Notes: generated by a model from the sequence alone, not told the origin. DNA of 64,000 bases from Chrysomallon squamiferum (GCA_012295275.1 CM022670.1:36456001-36520000), one strand, 5' to 3'; positions 1 through 13,493 are shown, counted from the first letter of the stretch. Numbers and translations: made by a program.

Positions 1-87
1 CAAATATTATTTTAATCTACAAACACTGAAATAGTACTGTCTAATAAATACATGCATATAATAAACACGGTTTAAAACAAAACTCAC

Positions 88-525
88 ATCTCTTTTCTTG
101 TCGAAATGTTCATAAAAAAGCTTTGAGAACTCTTCAGCAGCTAAACAAGCTTGTTCACATTTCACATTAAAATTCTGCAAATAAGTAACAGACAACACAT
201 TTAAAACCAAAATTTCTTTTATAAACCATATTTATCTAATAATAATACAAGTTATACTTATACTGTTGATTTCTAAAATTATTATTATTATTTATACTAG
301 TATTAATTTATTATTACTACTACTACTAGTCTCTCTCGGTGGGTGATTCAATTATTTTTGTATTTCTCTAAATATAAATTCCTTTTTGAAAAATCATTTC
401 AAGTCGCATTCAGCAAGATAACAATTTGTGTCATTCAAATAGCAATACTTATTTTTAGTTGTGCCATCTAATTTTAAAGACTACATCAGTTGTCCTCTAC
501 GAACATTTACCTCTGTGGCCGCCAT
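88..525 (-). CDS. NXT1: NTF2-related export protein (NXT1/p15), 5' exons; the rest lies left of the window
   Basis: Exon 1 is 525-511 (MAATE, then gtaaat) and exon 2 is 174-88 (ttgcag|NFNVKCEQACLAAEEFSKLFYEHFDKKRD|gtgag). This matches the NXT1 N-terminal pattern 'F...v.QAC.AAEEF...YY...DKrR'. Confidence 0.88.
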
Positions 526-1134
526 TTTCGTTTCTGCCCTATATTTTCCTCACTTGAATAGAGAACCAGTTTTGTTCACCAAGCACTGAACTTTAGCTTT
601 ATTTTTTGTAATATATAAACACAGGTTTTTAAAATAAATTATCCAGATATTTATTCCAGCTGTTATCTTCTTGCTATTTAATAATAATAGACAACAAATT
701 TAAAATTATTATCTTTATCATATGAAACGATAAGGCCATTTTTGTTAAGTACCAAAGAAAGAATCGAAAGATGTTTATTTTTTATCAATAATTTTCTGTC
801 ATCTTATTTTTCACCTCATTAAATTAAATTTATTTATTTATATTATTTATTTTCAAAGAAGAATTATATATTATAATAAAAGTATTATTTTGCTGGTACT
901 CATTACACTTTACATCGATTAGCGACGTTTACTACTGCAGTTTCGAGAGTTTTCTCCCTTAACAATAATCAACTGGTTTTTAGTGCTTTGTATCACTATT
1001 GTTACTGTCACATAAATATATATATATTTTTTAGAAGAATCAGTCTGTTTCGAATCAAATGAAGTCACATAAATATTATAACAATGATCTAAAATAATTG
1101 TGTAGATTAACAGTAAAAGCGTTTTTCTTTCAGC

Positions 1135-4100
1135 ATGGCTATGGGTAAGGATTAAATTCATTAATGTAAAATTTATTTTAGTTGAATGAATAATTATAAT
1201 TAACTATTAAGTATTATCTATAGATTATTTATTAATTTTTAAATGATTCCTACAGACGCAGGTTCTCAAAGTTGTTACATTTAATTTTTAAACATCATTT
1301 AATTTCAGGAAAGTGAATAAAAGAAATGAAATTAAAACAACAACAACAACAAATAAAACCCCCCCAAATCCTCAGAATTTTGTCTTTATGTAAACCAGGA
1401 TTTTGTCAGAACTATGATGGTGAATGTACTGCAGAATAAGAACATCCAACAGTGATAATCAGTATTAGATGCCCCGACTCATACCCAACAGCAGTAGCAC
1501 TATTTGATGTTCAGACATTAATAATCACTGTTAGATACCCTTATACCCAACAGTGATAATCACTTTTAGATATCCTCATACCAAACAATATGGTATATTA
1601 CATATACTGTATGTGTGGCATATTTGCCCCCTGAGAAGTTCATAAAACCATGGTGATTTGGTTTTTAGAAATACATTTATATTTATTATTGACAATCTAC
1701 CAGTATTGATATTCATATGTGCCTGATAAAAACAAGAACTAGTTTATAAACCTATGCAGTAACCAGTGCTCTGTTACAGGTTAAATTACAAACAAAAAAG
1801 ATTGTAGATAATCATCAGTTTTTAAATTAAATCAATATTAATTTTATATTTTAAGGAGAGTGTCCAAGGAATAATAATAGCATATTTTCAAGTAAAACTG
1901 TTGTTTTTTAATTTGTTTTTTTTTTATGTCAATTTATACCTCTTTGTGAAAGTAAAAATTTAAAGTCATTTGTTCTGAATTGTCTTATAAACGTTTATTA
2001 TTGTTATTATTATTTTCATGCATTTCAGAGTGCATGGAATGTTTAGGGAGGACACCCTTTGCTTCTTTAATGGCAACAGTTATATGTATCATAGGAGTTG
2101 GTGTGTTTTGTGGAACATCATACAAAGCTCTCAGTCTAATCATTAAAGATGTTCTGAATGATCTGTTTCTGTTTAATGTTAGCTGGTTGGTATTGAAATT
2201 AAACTTAATATGATTTTACTTAAAGAAACTGTAAATCAGTTAACAGTTGCCAATAAACCTTTATAAATTCTGAAAGAATATGTTCAATATTTATAGGGTA
2301 TCATATCGTGAGTGTATAACAGTTTTGTTTTGTTTTTAAGACTAAAAAAATTTATAGTAAATAAAAAAAAAAATTAAAAAAAAAAAAAAAAATGGGAAAA
2401 CAAAATATAATTGATTAGAGGGAAATACCTTCTGGTTTATTTCTATAACAACAGTAATGGCTAATTGTACTCTAAATAAATATTAAAATTATAATGACTA
2501 AATTTTGAATGCTAAACATAAAAGATAAATGTTTTTTTTAATTTCTCTGTTTCTTTATGATAAATTTAGGTTGGAGGTTATCCAGGTGGTTTTTGTTGTC
2601 ATTGCTGTAGCAATGGCTGTGTATGCTGTTATCTTGTTGATATTTGGATTTCTGGCAACTGGTGCAACACGACAGAATGTGTATTCTGGTGCAAAGTGCA
2701 TTATGGGAGGAAGAGTGTCTGCAGCATTTGTTAGTATCTAACATATTTATTTAAATCTATCTAATGTGTTTTTATTTGTATGCAAAAGTCAACATTTTTA
2801 TGTTTAAATTCATTTTTTAAAATTTATATTTACATATAGTATTTGTTGGTAATAATAACAAAATTGAGTACATGATAATGATGATTATGATAAAATCTAT
2901 GAAATCTTGTTGATTCAGTATTCGAAAAGGGGAAATGTAACACCCTCCCCAAAAGAAAAATGAGTATTGACTTTTAATTACGAGTATCAGAATATTTTTA
3001 ATGAATGTATTTTTACTTATATTGAATGATAGAATAAGCATTATAAAATTTATTCTTTTACGTTAAAAGTTTACATATATTTCATACTAATTCTGAACAT
3101 TTTTATATTTCTTGTAAACTTTGCTTTTCAGTTTGAGAGTATCATGTTTTTTTTTTTTTTTCTTATGCAAATTAAATTTTATTATATTCAATTTGTGGAA
3201 GTTTGGAAAAGATTATATGAAAACCCACCAGAAAAATTCAGCCAAAAATAAATGTAAATGTGAAATACTAATAATTATCTCTGTTTATTTTTTCAGTTCA
3301 CTGTTATCACGTACATTCTCAATCTTGGCTGGATTGTGATAATGTGTATTTCTGTCATCCCAGTTATTCTGTATGCATCTATTTATTCCATCTGTGACAA
3401 TGAAGTTTACAACAGAAATGCAAACACCCTTACTTACTGCTTCAACCTGACTCAGTTTGGTAAGACGTTTTACAGTTGTCTCTGTTTGTCTTGTATTCAT
3501 ATAATTTACAGAATTTATTTTTCATGTAAAATACATTTTTGAAACATGGATTGAACTTTTGAAAACTAAATGATATAATTGTCTTGTTTTTAAAATTTAT
3601 AAATAATACAAGACTTATTCTCTTTTCAAAACGCAGTGAAAGTAAAGCACTGAAAATGCTATAAAAAAGAACAACCTATTTTAATATTATATAAATATAA
3701 TGAAACTAATTGGAACAAAATTATATTTATTCTCAAGTTTTACAAATTAGAGAAGATGAAAAAACATCCTACTCTATAACGTACTGTTTCATGAAACCTA
3801 ATTCTGATGAACATGAATTTGTACAGTTCATAAATTTATGAAGATTATTTCAGTTAAATTTACTAATATTAGTCATATTTAAAAATTACATATGGTTTTT
3901 TTTTATTATCATTTTTCTTTTAGGTGTGTATCGGGTTCTGTTTATCCATACAGTTTTTCAACAACTGGAAAAGATTCCATCTGTCAAGGTGAAGTGAAAA
4001 AAATGTGTGATACGGTAAGTTAATTAACGTGTACACTTATTTACTACATTGAAATATGTAAATATTAATGTAAGCAGACAACACAGAGTGTTACATATCC

Positions 4101-5009
4101 AAACCTTTTAAGGGAACTAACTATATGTTTTTCTAGGAAATGCACTTTGATGTTCTTTTATGAAATTAATTTTCTAGCAAACAAATTTTTATAAATTATT
4201 TTTCTTTATTTTTATTTTTAGGTGATTGAGGCTGGTCCCTTGTTTTGTGTTGCTTCCATAGGATCTTTATTCATTGTTCTCGGAATGGTGAGATTCTAAA
4301 AATATTTAATTATATATTTAAAAAAATAAGTATTGTTTCATGTGTGTTATGTAAGTATTAACCTTTTAAACAGACTTATTATAAGAAAGATAATTATAAT
4401 GAAATAAAGAAAACTATTTAATATGATATATGTAAGATTCTTGAAATAAAGATTATACAAATCTTCAGGTGAAAACAAATAAAGTTTGAAAAGTCAGTTT
4501 TCTGTGTATTAGTTTGAAGACAAGCTGTATTTTTAGTGACGAATAAATTATTCAGAAATGTTTCATCTTATGTTGTCAGGCTACTCTATCTTATTAAATT
4601 AACTTCAGTAGCTATCGCCTGACATGTGGTCTAGCATATTTTTTTAAAAGGTATTTAAATGAAAAGAAAAAAAAAAAACAAAATTTGGTACAATTTTATA
4701 TTTTTTATATAAAGAGAAGAAAAAATGTAGTTTTTTTTCCAGTTCAACTCTTAACCATAACTGGCTTTTCATAATTGCATTTCTGTTTATAAATGATTTT
4801 AAATATATATATATATATATATGTATATCTAAAAAACAATCGTTATTTTCTAGACCCACTTCATGATTTGTCTGGCAGCAAACTATACACGCATTAAGAT
4901 TTCAAAGGAGTTGACCGAGTACCGAGATGCTGTTGAAATGGAAGAACTAGAACTGAACAGCATTCACGACAGAAGTCAAAAGGGACCTCCACCTTATTTA
5001 GGCCGTTGA
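1135..5009 (+). CDS. M6: M6/PLP/DM20-family proteolipid (tetraspan) protein, 7 coding exons, with an apparent 1-nt frameshift in exon 5
   Basis: GT-AG exons are 1135-1144, 2029-2185, 2570-2729, 3297-3459, 3924-4014, 4222-4287 and 4854-5009. Family motifs include 'C.ECLGRTPFASLMATVICIIGVGVFCG', 'GFLATGATRQNVYSGAKCIMGGR', 'CFNLTQFG' and 'HFMICLAANY', with four hydrophobic segments. Exon 5 is 91 nt where 92 nt are needed to keep frame. Confidence 0.9.
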
Positions 5010-7729
5010 TGGAATGTTCAAGAAAAAATATAACATTTATGTGAAAATATTTTGAAAACAGTTTCTTTTGAGATGAAAAATTTCGTAATTCCCTTCTACT
5101 TACAGAACAAGTAGCCATCAATTAGACAATTAACTCAAATTATCCTCTAACAAGATGAGTATGAACATCTACTCACTGTTGTAACTGACAAAACCTTTTG
5201 TCAGTTTTAATAATTAATTATGAAAATCAAACTGTATTCATCACTCCCTGTAGATTTTATATTTCTTAGATGAATTGTGAAAAGTAAATTTTTATAAATT
5301 TATTAGTGATTACTAGTATCATTATTATTAAAAACATGTGTTAAATGGAGACACATGAATAAAAATGTGTCTTTGATTGACGTATTTATACATTTCTTTT
5401 GATTTATAAAATTTTCAGCAGTGCTTATTTAGTGTCATTTTGTAATTTGACAGTGGCATATAGTTGAGCTGGTTTTTTAAAGATGTTTTACAAAAATAGT
5501 AGGATAGTGACTAGGAAAATGTTTGACTGGTTCCAGCCAATAGAACCAACAAAAAGTGACTCCTGATGCACATGTATTTTGGTGATTAGATATCTCTAAA
5601 CCTTCATTCTTCATTCATTTTAGTACTCAAAAATTCATTTCAGATAATGCAGTTAACAAATAAAACTACACTAAAGTAAAGACTCATTCCTAATGCATTA
5701 TTGTAAACATTCATTCATTTTAGTATTCATTTAATTCACCAAACAAATCACAAGACTCACTAAGGTTGTTTTTTTTCCTTAGTAAATGAAAACTTTTAGA
5801 ACAGACAGTTCTAATTGAAACTGGGTTAAAAAGCTAAATTGTAAATTTGTTCTTTGTAAACATTTGTCCATCATTGGTGCTTTTGATGTTGAAAGTCCTA
5901 TTTTGTTATGTACTGTTACATATCAATAAGTATTATAATGGTTTAGTACCAATATATTCATATATTAAATGTATTTCTTTCAAAAATATTATTTTATGTA
6001 CATAAAAGAAAAAAGTGATAGAAACAATGTGTCTAGTTAATAATATAACTGAATTATCAGGTCACTTGTTGTTATTATTTTTTAATTTCCCTCATTTATT
6101 TTTAATAGATAATTCCAGTGTTATACTTGAGGGAAAAACAAAAATTATATAAATTTAAAAAACAAATTAACAGTTTATTATTTCTAACAATTTTATCAAA
6201 TACATTCCAGACATTCCACTTTTTGCTCATATTTTTATTATTTTGTTATTTTTTTTTTTTTTAATTAATTTTTTATGCTATTGCTATTTGTGAATACATA
6301 TACATACATTTACAAAACATAAATGGTTGTGACAGAACATTACTCCAATAATGTATAATGATGAAAATGATTGTTAAACATTTTATTATATTCATCATAA
6401 TTTACTACATTTTAATATTTTATACAACTTTGATACTTACTTCCTTTATTATGTTTGTTTTGGTGGATGTGATTTTATTGAACATACATTTTTCACATAT
6501 CATGATGTACTGCTTCAGAATATTTGATCAGTTGATACTATTATTTTTCCACAGTTGCCCTAACATTTGGCCAAAAATTCTTTTAATAAAAGAAACATTT
6601 TTTATCCTTTTTATTTATTTATTTATTTATTAATTTAAAATGTTTTTATATATACGTTTGTATTCTTGAATTTCATCATGTGAAAAAAATTAAAACTATT
6701 ATTAAAAGAAAATATTACATTTTCAGAATAATATAACACTTTCTACAGAATATTGCGAAAGCCTTAAACTAATATACTTTTTATTTATTTATTTATTTGC
6801 TTGACATCATTATTCAACAGTTATTTTTATTACAGATTTTGAATGCCATTTATTTTTTTAAATATATATATATTTAATTTTTATGGTATATACATTGAAA
6901 AGATAAACCTAATCAAGTTTTAAAATTAAAATATTAGGGAATATTAATAATTCTTTCTCTCAATATATTCCAAAGGTTTTGTTAAATTGCAAGTTGTTAT
7001 AAATTTGCTATACTTACTGGATAACATGTTTTAACATTAGAAGATAAAATTTCCAAGTAAGAGATAATTTAAAAAAACTGATATTTAAATTTTTGAAAAT
7101 ATCTTTATCAGTTTATGGCATGATTATTTACTATTTGTAGATTTTATTAGTCTTTGTATCTTTTATAATATTCAGATGTTGATATATTGTTGTATTAACA
7201 TTTTTAAATGTATCTTTTACATAATACACTGTTTTCAGAAATAAACATTTTTTATATGGCATTTCATATTTGTCATTTTGTTTTTGTCATTTCAGAAAAA
7301 ATACACTGCATTCTGATTAACTAAAAAAAATACACACAACAACGTGAAAATAGATTTATTATAAAATTATCTTTTAAAGTCAAATTTTCAGTTTAAATTC
7401 AATCGCTTTATCATGTTTGTACATTGATTTTGAATCTTTATCACAAACTTTAATAAACCTATGACTAATGTTTAATAATGTTATTACCACTCTATATCTA
7501 GTTTCATTCACCTCATTAAGTAGCATTCTTTTAAACAAAATCTCTATGTACAAGATACATCCTGGTAAGTAATAATAAAACTATAAAAATTCTGTATTAG
7601 TAAAACTCAATAAAAAAGTAAAAAATGTTTTGGTAATGTTTAATAAACTGGAAACTGCAATAGATAATAGATAATCATTGATCATTGGCCAGTAACCTTT
7701 AAATAAACTCGGTATTAGTATATCAGATT

Positions 7730-8256
7730 TTATAGAGTATAAATAGCTGCAATGTGGCACAGTAATATAATAATAAAGAAAGTTAGGTTGTTGATAACAA
7801 AATCAGCCTCATCGCTTTCATTCAAACTGTGGAAGTCATCATTAGTTTGCATTTCACTTTGCAGTGTTTGTTCCAATTCTTCGCCATTTAGTGTGTCCGA
7901 AACAGAAGTCAGTTTCTTTAATTCATCTGAATAAAAACAAAATATAAAATAAAAAAATAAGCAACAAAGTGTGTGTAGACATAAATAATAATAATAATAA
8001 ATAATGAATTCAATAAGTGAAAGTAGAAAAAAAAGAAAATTAAAAGAACAAGAATAAATATAAGATATAACTAAATATATTTAAAAAATAAAAATAAATT
8101 AAATTAATTAAATAAGTCGTATATGATAATTTCCTCTAACATTTTTGGCTGTTTATATTTTATAGTTATTTTGTCGTAAACGAAGTTTGTGTCATATTCA
8201 ATGTTATGTATAATTCCATTTTTTGTGATTGTGGACCAGATTGTGATTCCCTGTCA

Positions 8257-8300
<44 letters not shown>

Positions 8301-8606
8301 GAATATGCATAATCTTACCTTTCAGTATGTCAGCAAGATGATTTTGACCTGATTTGGTCAAAGCTTCCACAAAGCTGTCGAAAGCTTTCTCTCCAAACAG
8401 AGGAAGGATGTCGACGAGACGTTGTAACTTATCCTTTTTTGTCTCTGGACTGAGAATGTATTCAACATCAGAACCTGATAACACAGCGTTGTCACGCAGG
8501 TATATTACTACATGGTCTACAAATATGTCTGCTGCGAGTCTGCTGTATGCCTTTTCAATAGCTGTGCTGTGATCAGCAGGCATTAAACCATCTTTGAAAT
8601 AATAAC

Positions 8607-8656
<50 letters not shown>

Positions 8657-10167
8657 GTTTAGAAAATAATAATAATATGTTTTAAGGAAGAAAACGGTAA
8701 GAATTTGTGAACATTCTACGATTCTTGCTATATTCTGTTTTACAATTTCTTTGAAAAAAACCCTGAAATAGTCAGATTTATGTTAAATAGCACACGAAAA
8801 ACAGTAACTGTACACAAACGAGCAACACATATATTTCACTGATAATAAGCCAACCTTACCGGAGAATGAACTGATAGATAATTTTTGACAAGCTGAAATC
8901 AGAACAACGATAGACTGTGACGTTTTGTTCCATTCGTACAGCACGTCCCAGAAAACTTTTCCAGTATTTTCATTAACTATTTTCTCCACTGTATAGCTGT
9001 TTAAGCCAAGAGCTAAACCAAACTGCTTGACTTTATCTTTGTCGTCTGCAGAAGCACGTGAATAATTAAATAAAACAAACAAGCAATTATGAATAATCAA
9101 AAACGACAACCCCCTGAAAAAAAGAACATTCAGCAACAATGTCGACAACCAAATAAATAAATAAATAAATAAATATAAATTAAATCAAATACTGAGAAAC
9201 GCTGTAATAAAATATCAAAATGAAAAGGTAATAACAATCTATAGTGTTATCATCATTACTGCATGGCTTATGATTCCATTATTGCTGATTATTATTAATT
9301 ATTTGGTTGTGACACACACACACACACACACACACACACTTTTTATTGTTGCTTTTTTAAGTTTAAATTTTTTAGCCTCGAAGCTGATTCTAAACATACC
9401 AAACTCTTTTTCAATTCGAAATGCAAATCCTAAAATGTGTGCAGGCAGATGGCTGCCATTCACATTTGATCGTTTGCTTTCCTCTGCCAAAGTCAGCAGA
9501 TCTGTTAACTTGCTGCTGGTATTTTCTGTTGATTCCTGTAAACTACGTATTGCTTCTTTATATTCTGCTTGACTTTTCAAAGCAGATGTATTAATTTTGT
9601 TTAGCTGAAATTAAATATGAACAAATGAAATTAATATTTGCCATAATATACACGTAGACGGAAACTTTTAATAGCTTTCTTCGTTAGAAAATAAATGCTT
9701 TATTACTGATCTTTGATTCCAGATTTTTCTCTTTATTTACTGTTGCAGTAACAGCATACAGTAAATTCTTCGTTTAAAGTCAACATGTCAACTGACTTCA
9801 TTTTTAGCAGACTATTTCCATTAGATCTAAAGTAAACTTTTTATTTCTGTCGTTCATAATTTATTTCACGTACAGGATTTCATCGTTTTATCCTAACTGT
9901 ATAGCATTTTTATAAAACATTGAACCAGTAAACAAATGACATCTCTCTCTCTCTCTTTCCGTATGTTACAATTTCTAATATAGAAGTTGCCAATTTATAT
10001 TTGACCATCACTATCGATTGCGGCATCGAAGCTTCTACTGTATTTGTGTTACTTTTTGAGCTTTTTGCTACAGACACAGAGAAATACACAAACACATATA
10101 GACATTATTGAAGATAATAGCCAATATATTTTAATATTTGCAACTTTTACTTTTTATTATTATTATT

Positions 10168-10229
<62 letters not shown>

Positions 10230-12101
10230 TGTTATTATTATAACAGTGGTACCGTGACTTACGGGTTTAATTCGTTCCATGACCGTGCTCGTAATTCAAT
10301 CTGCTCGTATACATCAAATCACTTTTCCAAAATGAAAATAATTGAAATACCATTAATCCGTTCCAGTTCCAGTTCCCCCAAAACAAACCCAATTTTTTAA
10401 AAGTATTTTTAAATAAGAAAAATGTATGTATAAATAACAAATACAAAAGAGAATGTAAAGAAATAAATTGTAAAGTGTTCAGGGTTAGGGTTTCTCCATC
10501 TTTTCATCGATAGAGGTCCGCAGCTTAGAAATTATTTTGATGCCTTTGGCTGGAGTTATAGCCTTTATAGCCTGCTTCAGTGTGGTACATATCGTAAAAT
10601 GACTACGCTTGTACTGCCTAGCCAAGTCGACTACACGCACACCTCACTCATGTTTTTCTATGATTTCATGCTTTTATTCTTCTTCTCAGCACTCTCCTTT
10701 GCACTCACTTTTTTAGGATCCATGGAAATTTAGGAAAATACTGCACAAAAGTGCGAGCAGAACACAACAGAGATGCTTCGGCTGCGAGGTAAGCACGTAA
10801 AGCAAGCGAGTGATACGCGGGACGCTGGACGGATATTGTGTTGTTCGTTGCGCCAATTAACGGCAGCGTTTCTGAAGCTCGCTCGTAACTCGGATTTTGA
10901 CTCGCAACACAAAGCAATAATGGACCGCTGTATTATTATTAACATATGCAGTCGGATGGGAGGTAGACAACAAAAACATTATCTTTTGGAAGTGCCGAAC
11001 AATTGTCTAAAATAAGAAGTATCTTGCATTTAGGGTCTAGTCCAACTGAGTTACAGTGAGCCCTAGCCCCAGGAACAAAACATTTTTGAAACCAATCCAA
11101 TGTAATATCAGTGGTAACCCACCCCTTCTTGTTGGCACGGTAATAGACAGGAAACTGTGTCATTCCCTTGAAGGCCCATGGATGTAAACTTTTCCTGATA
11201 ACAAGCAACTTACATCTGTGGATACCCGCAGCATTAGAGCAGAACATTACGGTGACGCGATCCTTCGATGGCGATTCTGCATTGTTAGTTGTCATAGTTC
11301 TTTTTGGCGTACATCTCCAAAACAAGGCAGTCTCGTCCGCATTGTACACTTGTTTAGGACGTAAATGTTCATCACTTACTAATATTGCAAATTCATCCAC
11401 AAATGCACTAGCCGCATCTTTTTCAGCTGAACGTTTTTTTTTACCACACACCGCACAAAGCTGTAAGCAATGTCGCGACTTGAACCTTCTGAATATTCAT
11501 ACTTGTGTTGCAATCCCAGCTCTTCGTGAAACACTTTGCCTTGTTCCTTTAATAATTCACCAGAAATTTCCACACCTTCACTTACACGAAGATTAAACCA
11601 GTTTATGAGAACTGGATCCAGTTCCTAACTTTTCTCTCCATCATTGACTTCCTTATAAACATTTGCTTTTTTGATCCACTAACAGTTTTTCTTTCTGTTT
11701 TTTAACATCATACACTGTTGAAGGAGGCAGTGTCGTATGTTTCACAAATGGTTTGCACAGACACGTCGATATTAATTTTTTTTTAGCATTTCCAGTTTCT
11801 CTGCGATCGACAAAGCACGATGTTTACGTTTTACGCCACCTCTTTTCTTTGCTGAATCCATAATGGTGTTGTACAGCAGCAAATAAATGATAAAATGAGA
11901 AGGAATGAGCAGGAATAACTGTTAGCAGGTGCAAGCAAGACCCAACAGCTGTTTCTGGAGTAGAGCGCCATCAAAACATAAACGGCGCCTCCAGAAAACA
12001 GTTGCGCGCCAACACGGTAAATTTAAAAATGGGCTCCGAAATCCATGCCAGAAATCTGAAGGAACCGGATTTTCGATGACCGGATTTTTGAATGTCAACC
12101 G

Positions 12102-12142
<41 letters not shown>

Positions 12143-12797
12143 TACTGTCCAATTTTAATGAAATATAACAATACAACTGAAAAAATATATGGATGCCATT
12201 ATTTTGCTGAATTCGTGACATTATCATACATAGTGTTGACCGATTTGCACAAGATACGTGTAAGTGGGTGCACAGGCACCACAACGAAAACAAATTCAAA
12301 GTTACTACTAAATTTTTACTTACTTTCATCAACAGGCGACCGTGAGATTTCACTTCTGACGCTAAGGACTTTTCCAGCGCTTTGCATTGTTGCCTCAACA
12401 TCTGTATTTCTTTCAATCTATCATCCTTCACCATGTATATTTGAAATTTTGTGCCCAGTCTCTCTGTTATATCTAAAGACTTGTTCACGACCTGGGACAT
12501 ATCGTTCACGGTGGTGTACAAAAACTCATCCTTCTTTCTGAGTTCGTCTTCAGCTTTTTTCAATCTGGCAGAAAGATATGATATTTCCTTTTTTTGTTCT
12601 TCCAGTTGAATATTACTGTTCTCATGGACATCTCGTTGCATTTCATGGGAAGAATGCGAAGTTTCCGACTGTTTTAGCATTTCTTCAAACGTCGGCTGGA
12701 CAGATCTGATAAATTCCGGCGAGATTTCTCTCATAACTTTTAGGAGATTTTGTTTCGCCGTTTCGTCCATTTCTTCGGATGAAGATGGTGAAGCCAT
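7730..12797 (-). CDS. Copy A (intact, 444 aa): coiled-coil + death-domain-like + CARD + hydrophobic C-terminal tail
   Basis: Exons are 12797-12324, 9604-9400, 9045-8860, 8591-8319 and 7926-7730; all introns are GT-AG and the phases (0,1,1,1) give one open frame. The CARD is 'MPADHSTAIEKAYSRL...LVDILPLFGEKAFDSFVEALTKSGQNHLADIL'. The DD-like part is 'FGLALGLNSYTVEKIVNEN...VLYEW...SIVVLISAC'. The tail is 'FVINNLTFFIIILLCHIAAIYTL*'. Confidence 0.82.
10168..10229. repeat. (CAT)n microsatellite
   Basis: Pure CAT tandem array, absent from the otherwise near-identical copy near 54095. Confidence 0.95.
10244..10930 (-). mobile_element. Non-autonomous Tigger/pogo derivative with a degenerate CENP-B-type HTH, in intron 1 of copy A
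   Basis: The ends are CAGTGGTACC... and ...GGACCGCTG|TA. The broken minus-strand translation reads 'MDPKKVSAK...EKHE.GVRVVDLARQY...TICT.LKQ.AIKAITPAKG'. Confidence 0.7.
10947..12102 (-). mobile_element. Truncated pogo/Tigger (Jerky-like DDE) transposon
   Basis: Transposase motifs are 'QVYNADETALFW', 'KDRVTVMFCSNAAG', 'YRANKKGWVT' and 'ILLILDNCSA'. One TIR remains at 12080-12102, next to a TA-rich microsatellite, and the frames are broken. Confidence 0.88.
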
Positions 12798-12830
12798 TGT
12801 ATTTAGTAGAAATGGTATTTATCAGTCAAA

Positions 12831-12860
12831 GAAACTGAAAACTTGTTTATTTCCGGAAGT
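12831..12860. promoter_or_regulatory. ISRE/IRF-like GAAACTGAAA plus ETS/STAT-like TTCCGGAAGT just upstream of the copy A start codon
   Basis: Motif match only. The same pair occurs at 22354-22383 (copy B) and 57700-57729 (copy D). Confidence 0.35.
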
Positions 12861-12943
12861 TTATCAAGCTGTTCCTACTATAAAAGTAAGAAGTCAAATA
12901 TTATTCATATTAATAATGATGATGAAGATGATTTATAATGAAG

Positions 12944-12990
<47 letters not shown>

Positions 12991-13493
12991 TTAATTGAAA
13001 CTTAACAAAAACTAAATCGCCTGTACAAATAAAAATAACCCAGTAACCGATACTTAACATAAATAAAACAGTAGTCATCTAGGAGAAATCTCAACTTTAT
13101 CTTTTCTGCAAATTGCAACTCACTTATAACATGTCGCAGTACCAGTATCTATTAAACCATATATTTGTTATAATCTGTCATGTCATCACCAGCAGTGCTG
13201 GGAAATGTTTTGTTTATTTTAATATAAAAATGGATAATATTGTCAATAAATAAATTTCTACTATTATTCCTGTAGTAGATTTGATGTTGCTGCTATTAAG
13301 GTTGGTAACAGTAAAAATAACTAAGTAACTAAATAACTAACTAAAGAAACAAACAAACAAATAATTTTACTGTCAGAACTATTAAAATGAACGTACTATA
13401 CGTCTTGGTAGCTAGTAAAATTAAAGAAAGAAAGAAAGAAAGAAAGAAAGAAAAAATGGGAAAAAAAACAACTACATTATTTCCACTCTCAAT

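Noticed and set aside
8254-8583. Stand-alone CARD-only proteins as suggested by the ORF track (also 26922, 40624 and 63078)
   Set aside because: Each has an acceptor just before GLM and a donor after the last helix, so they are internal exons; the poly-Leu/Ile tails are intron read-through.
10044-10400. ORF with a long poly-His/poly-Tyr run, and similar poly-Y/I/N ORFs at 22118, 36858 and 62854
   Set aside because: These are translations of (CAT)n and (TAA)n microsatellites, not genes.
10939-11573. Jerky/TIGD-like ORFs as a domesticated host gene
   Set aside because: All three copies are frameshifted or deleted, retain TIR sequence beside TA, and are intronic, so they are decayed transposons.
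12092-12541. Conserved 132-149 aa ORFs antisense to exon 1 (also 22724-23122 and 56961-57359)
   Set aside because: They are shadow frames that start in a transposon TIR and microsatellite, and they are conserved only because the copies are recent duplicates.
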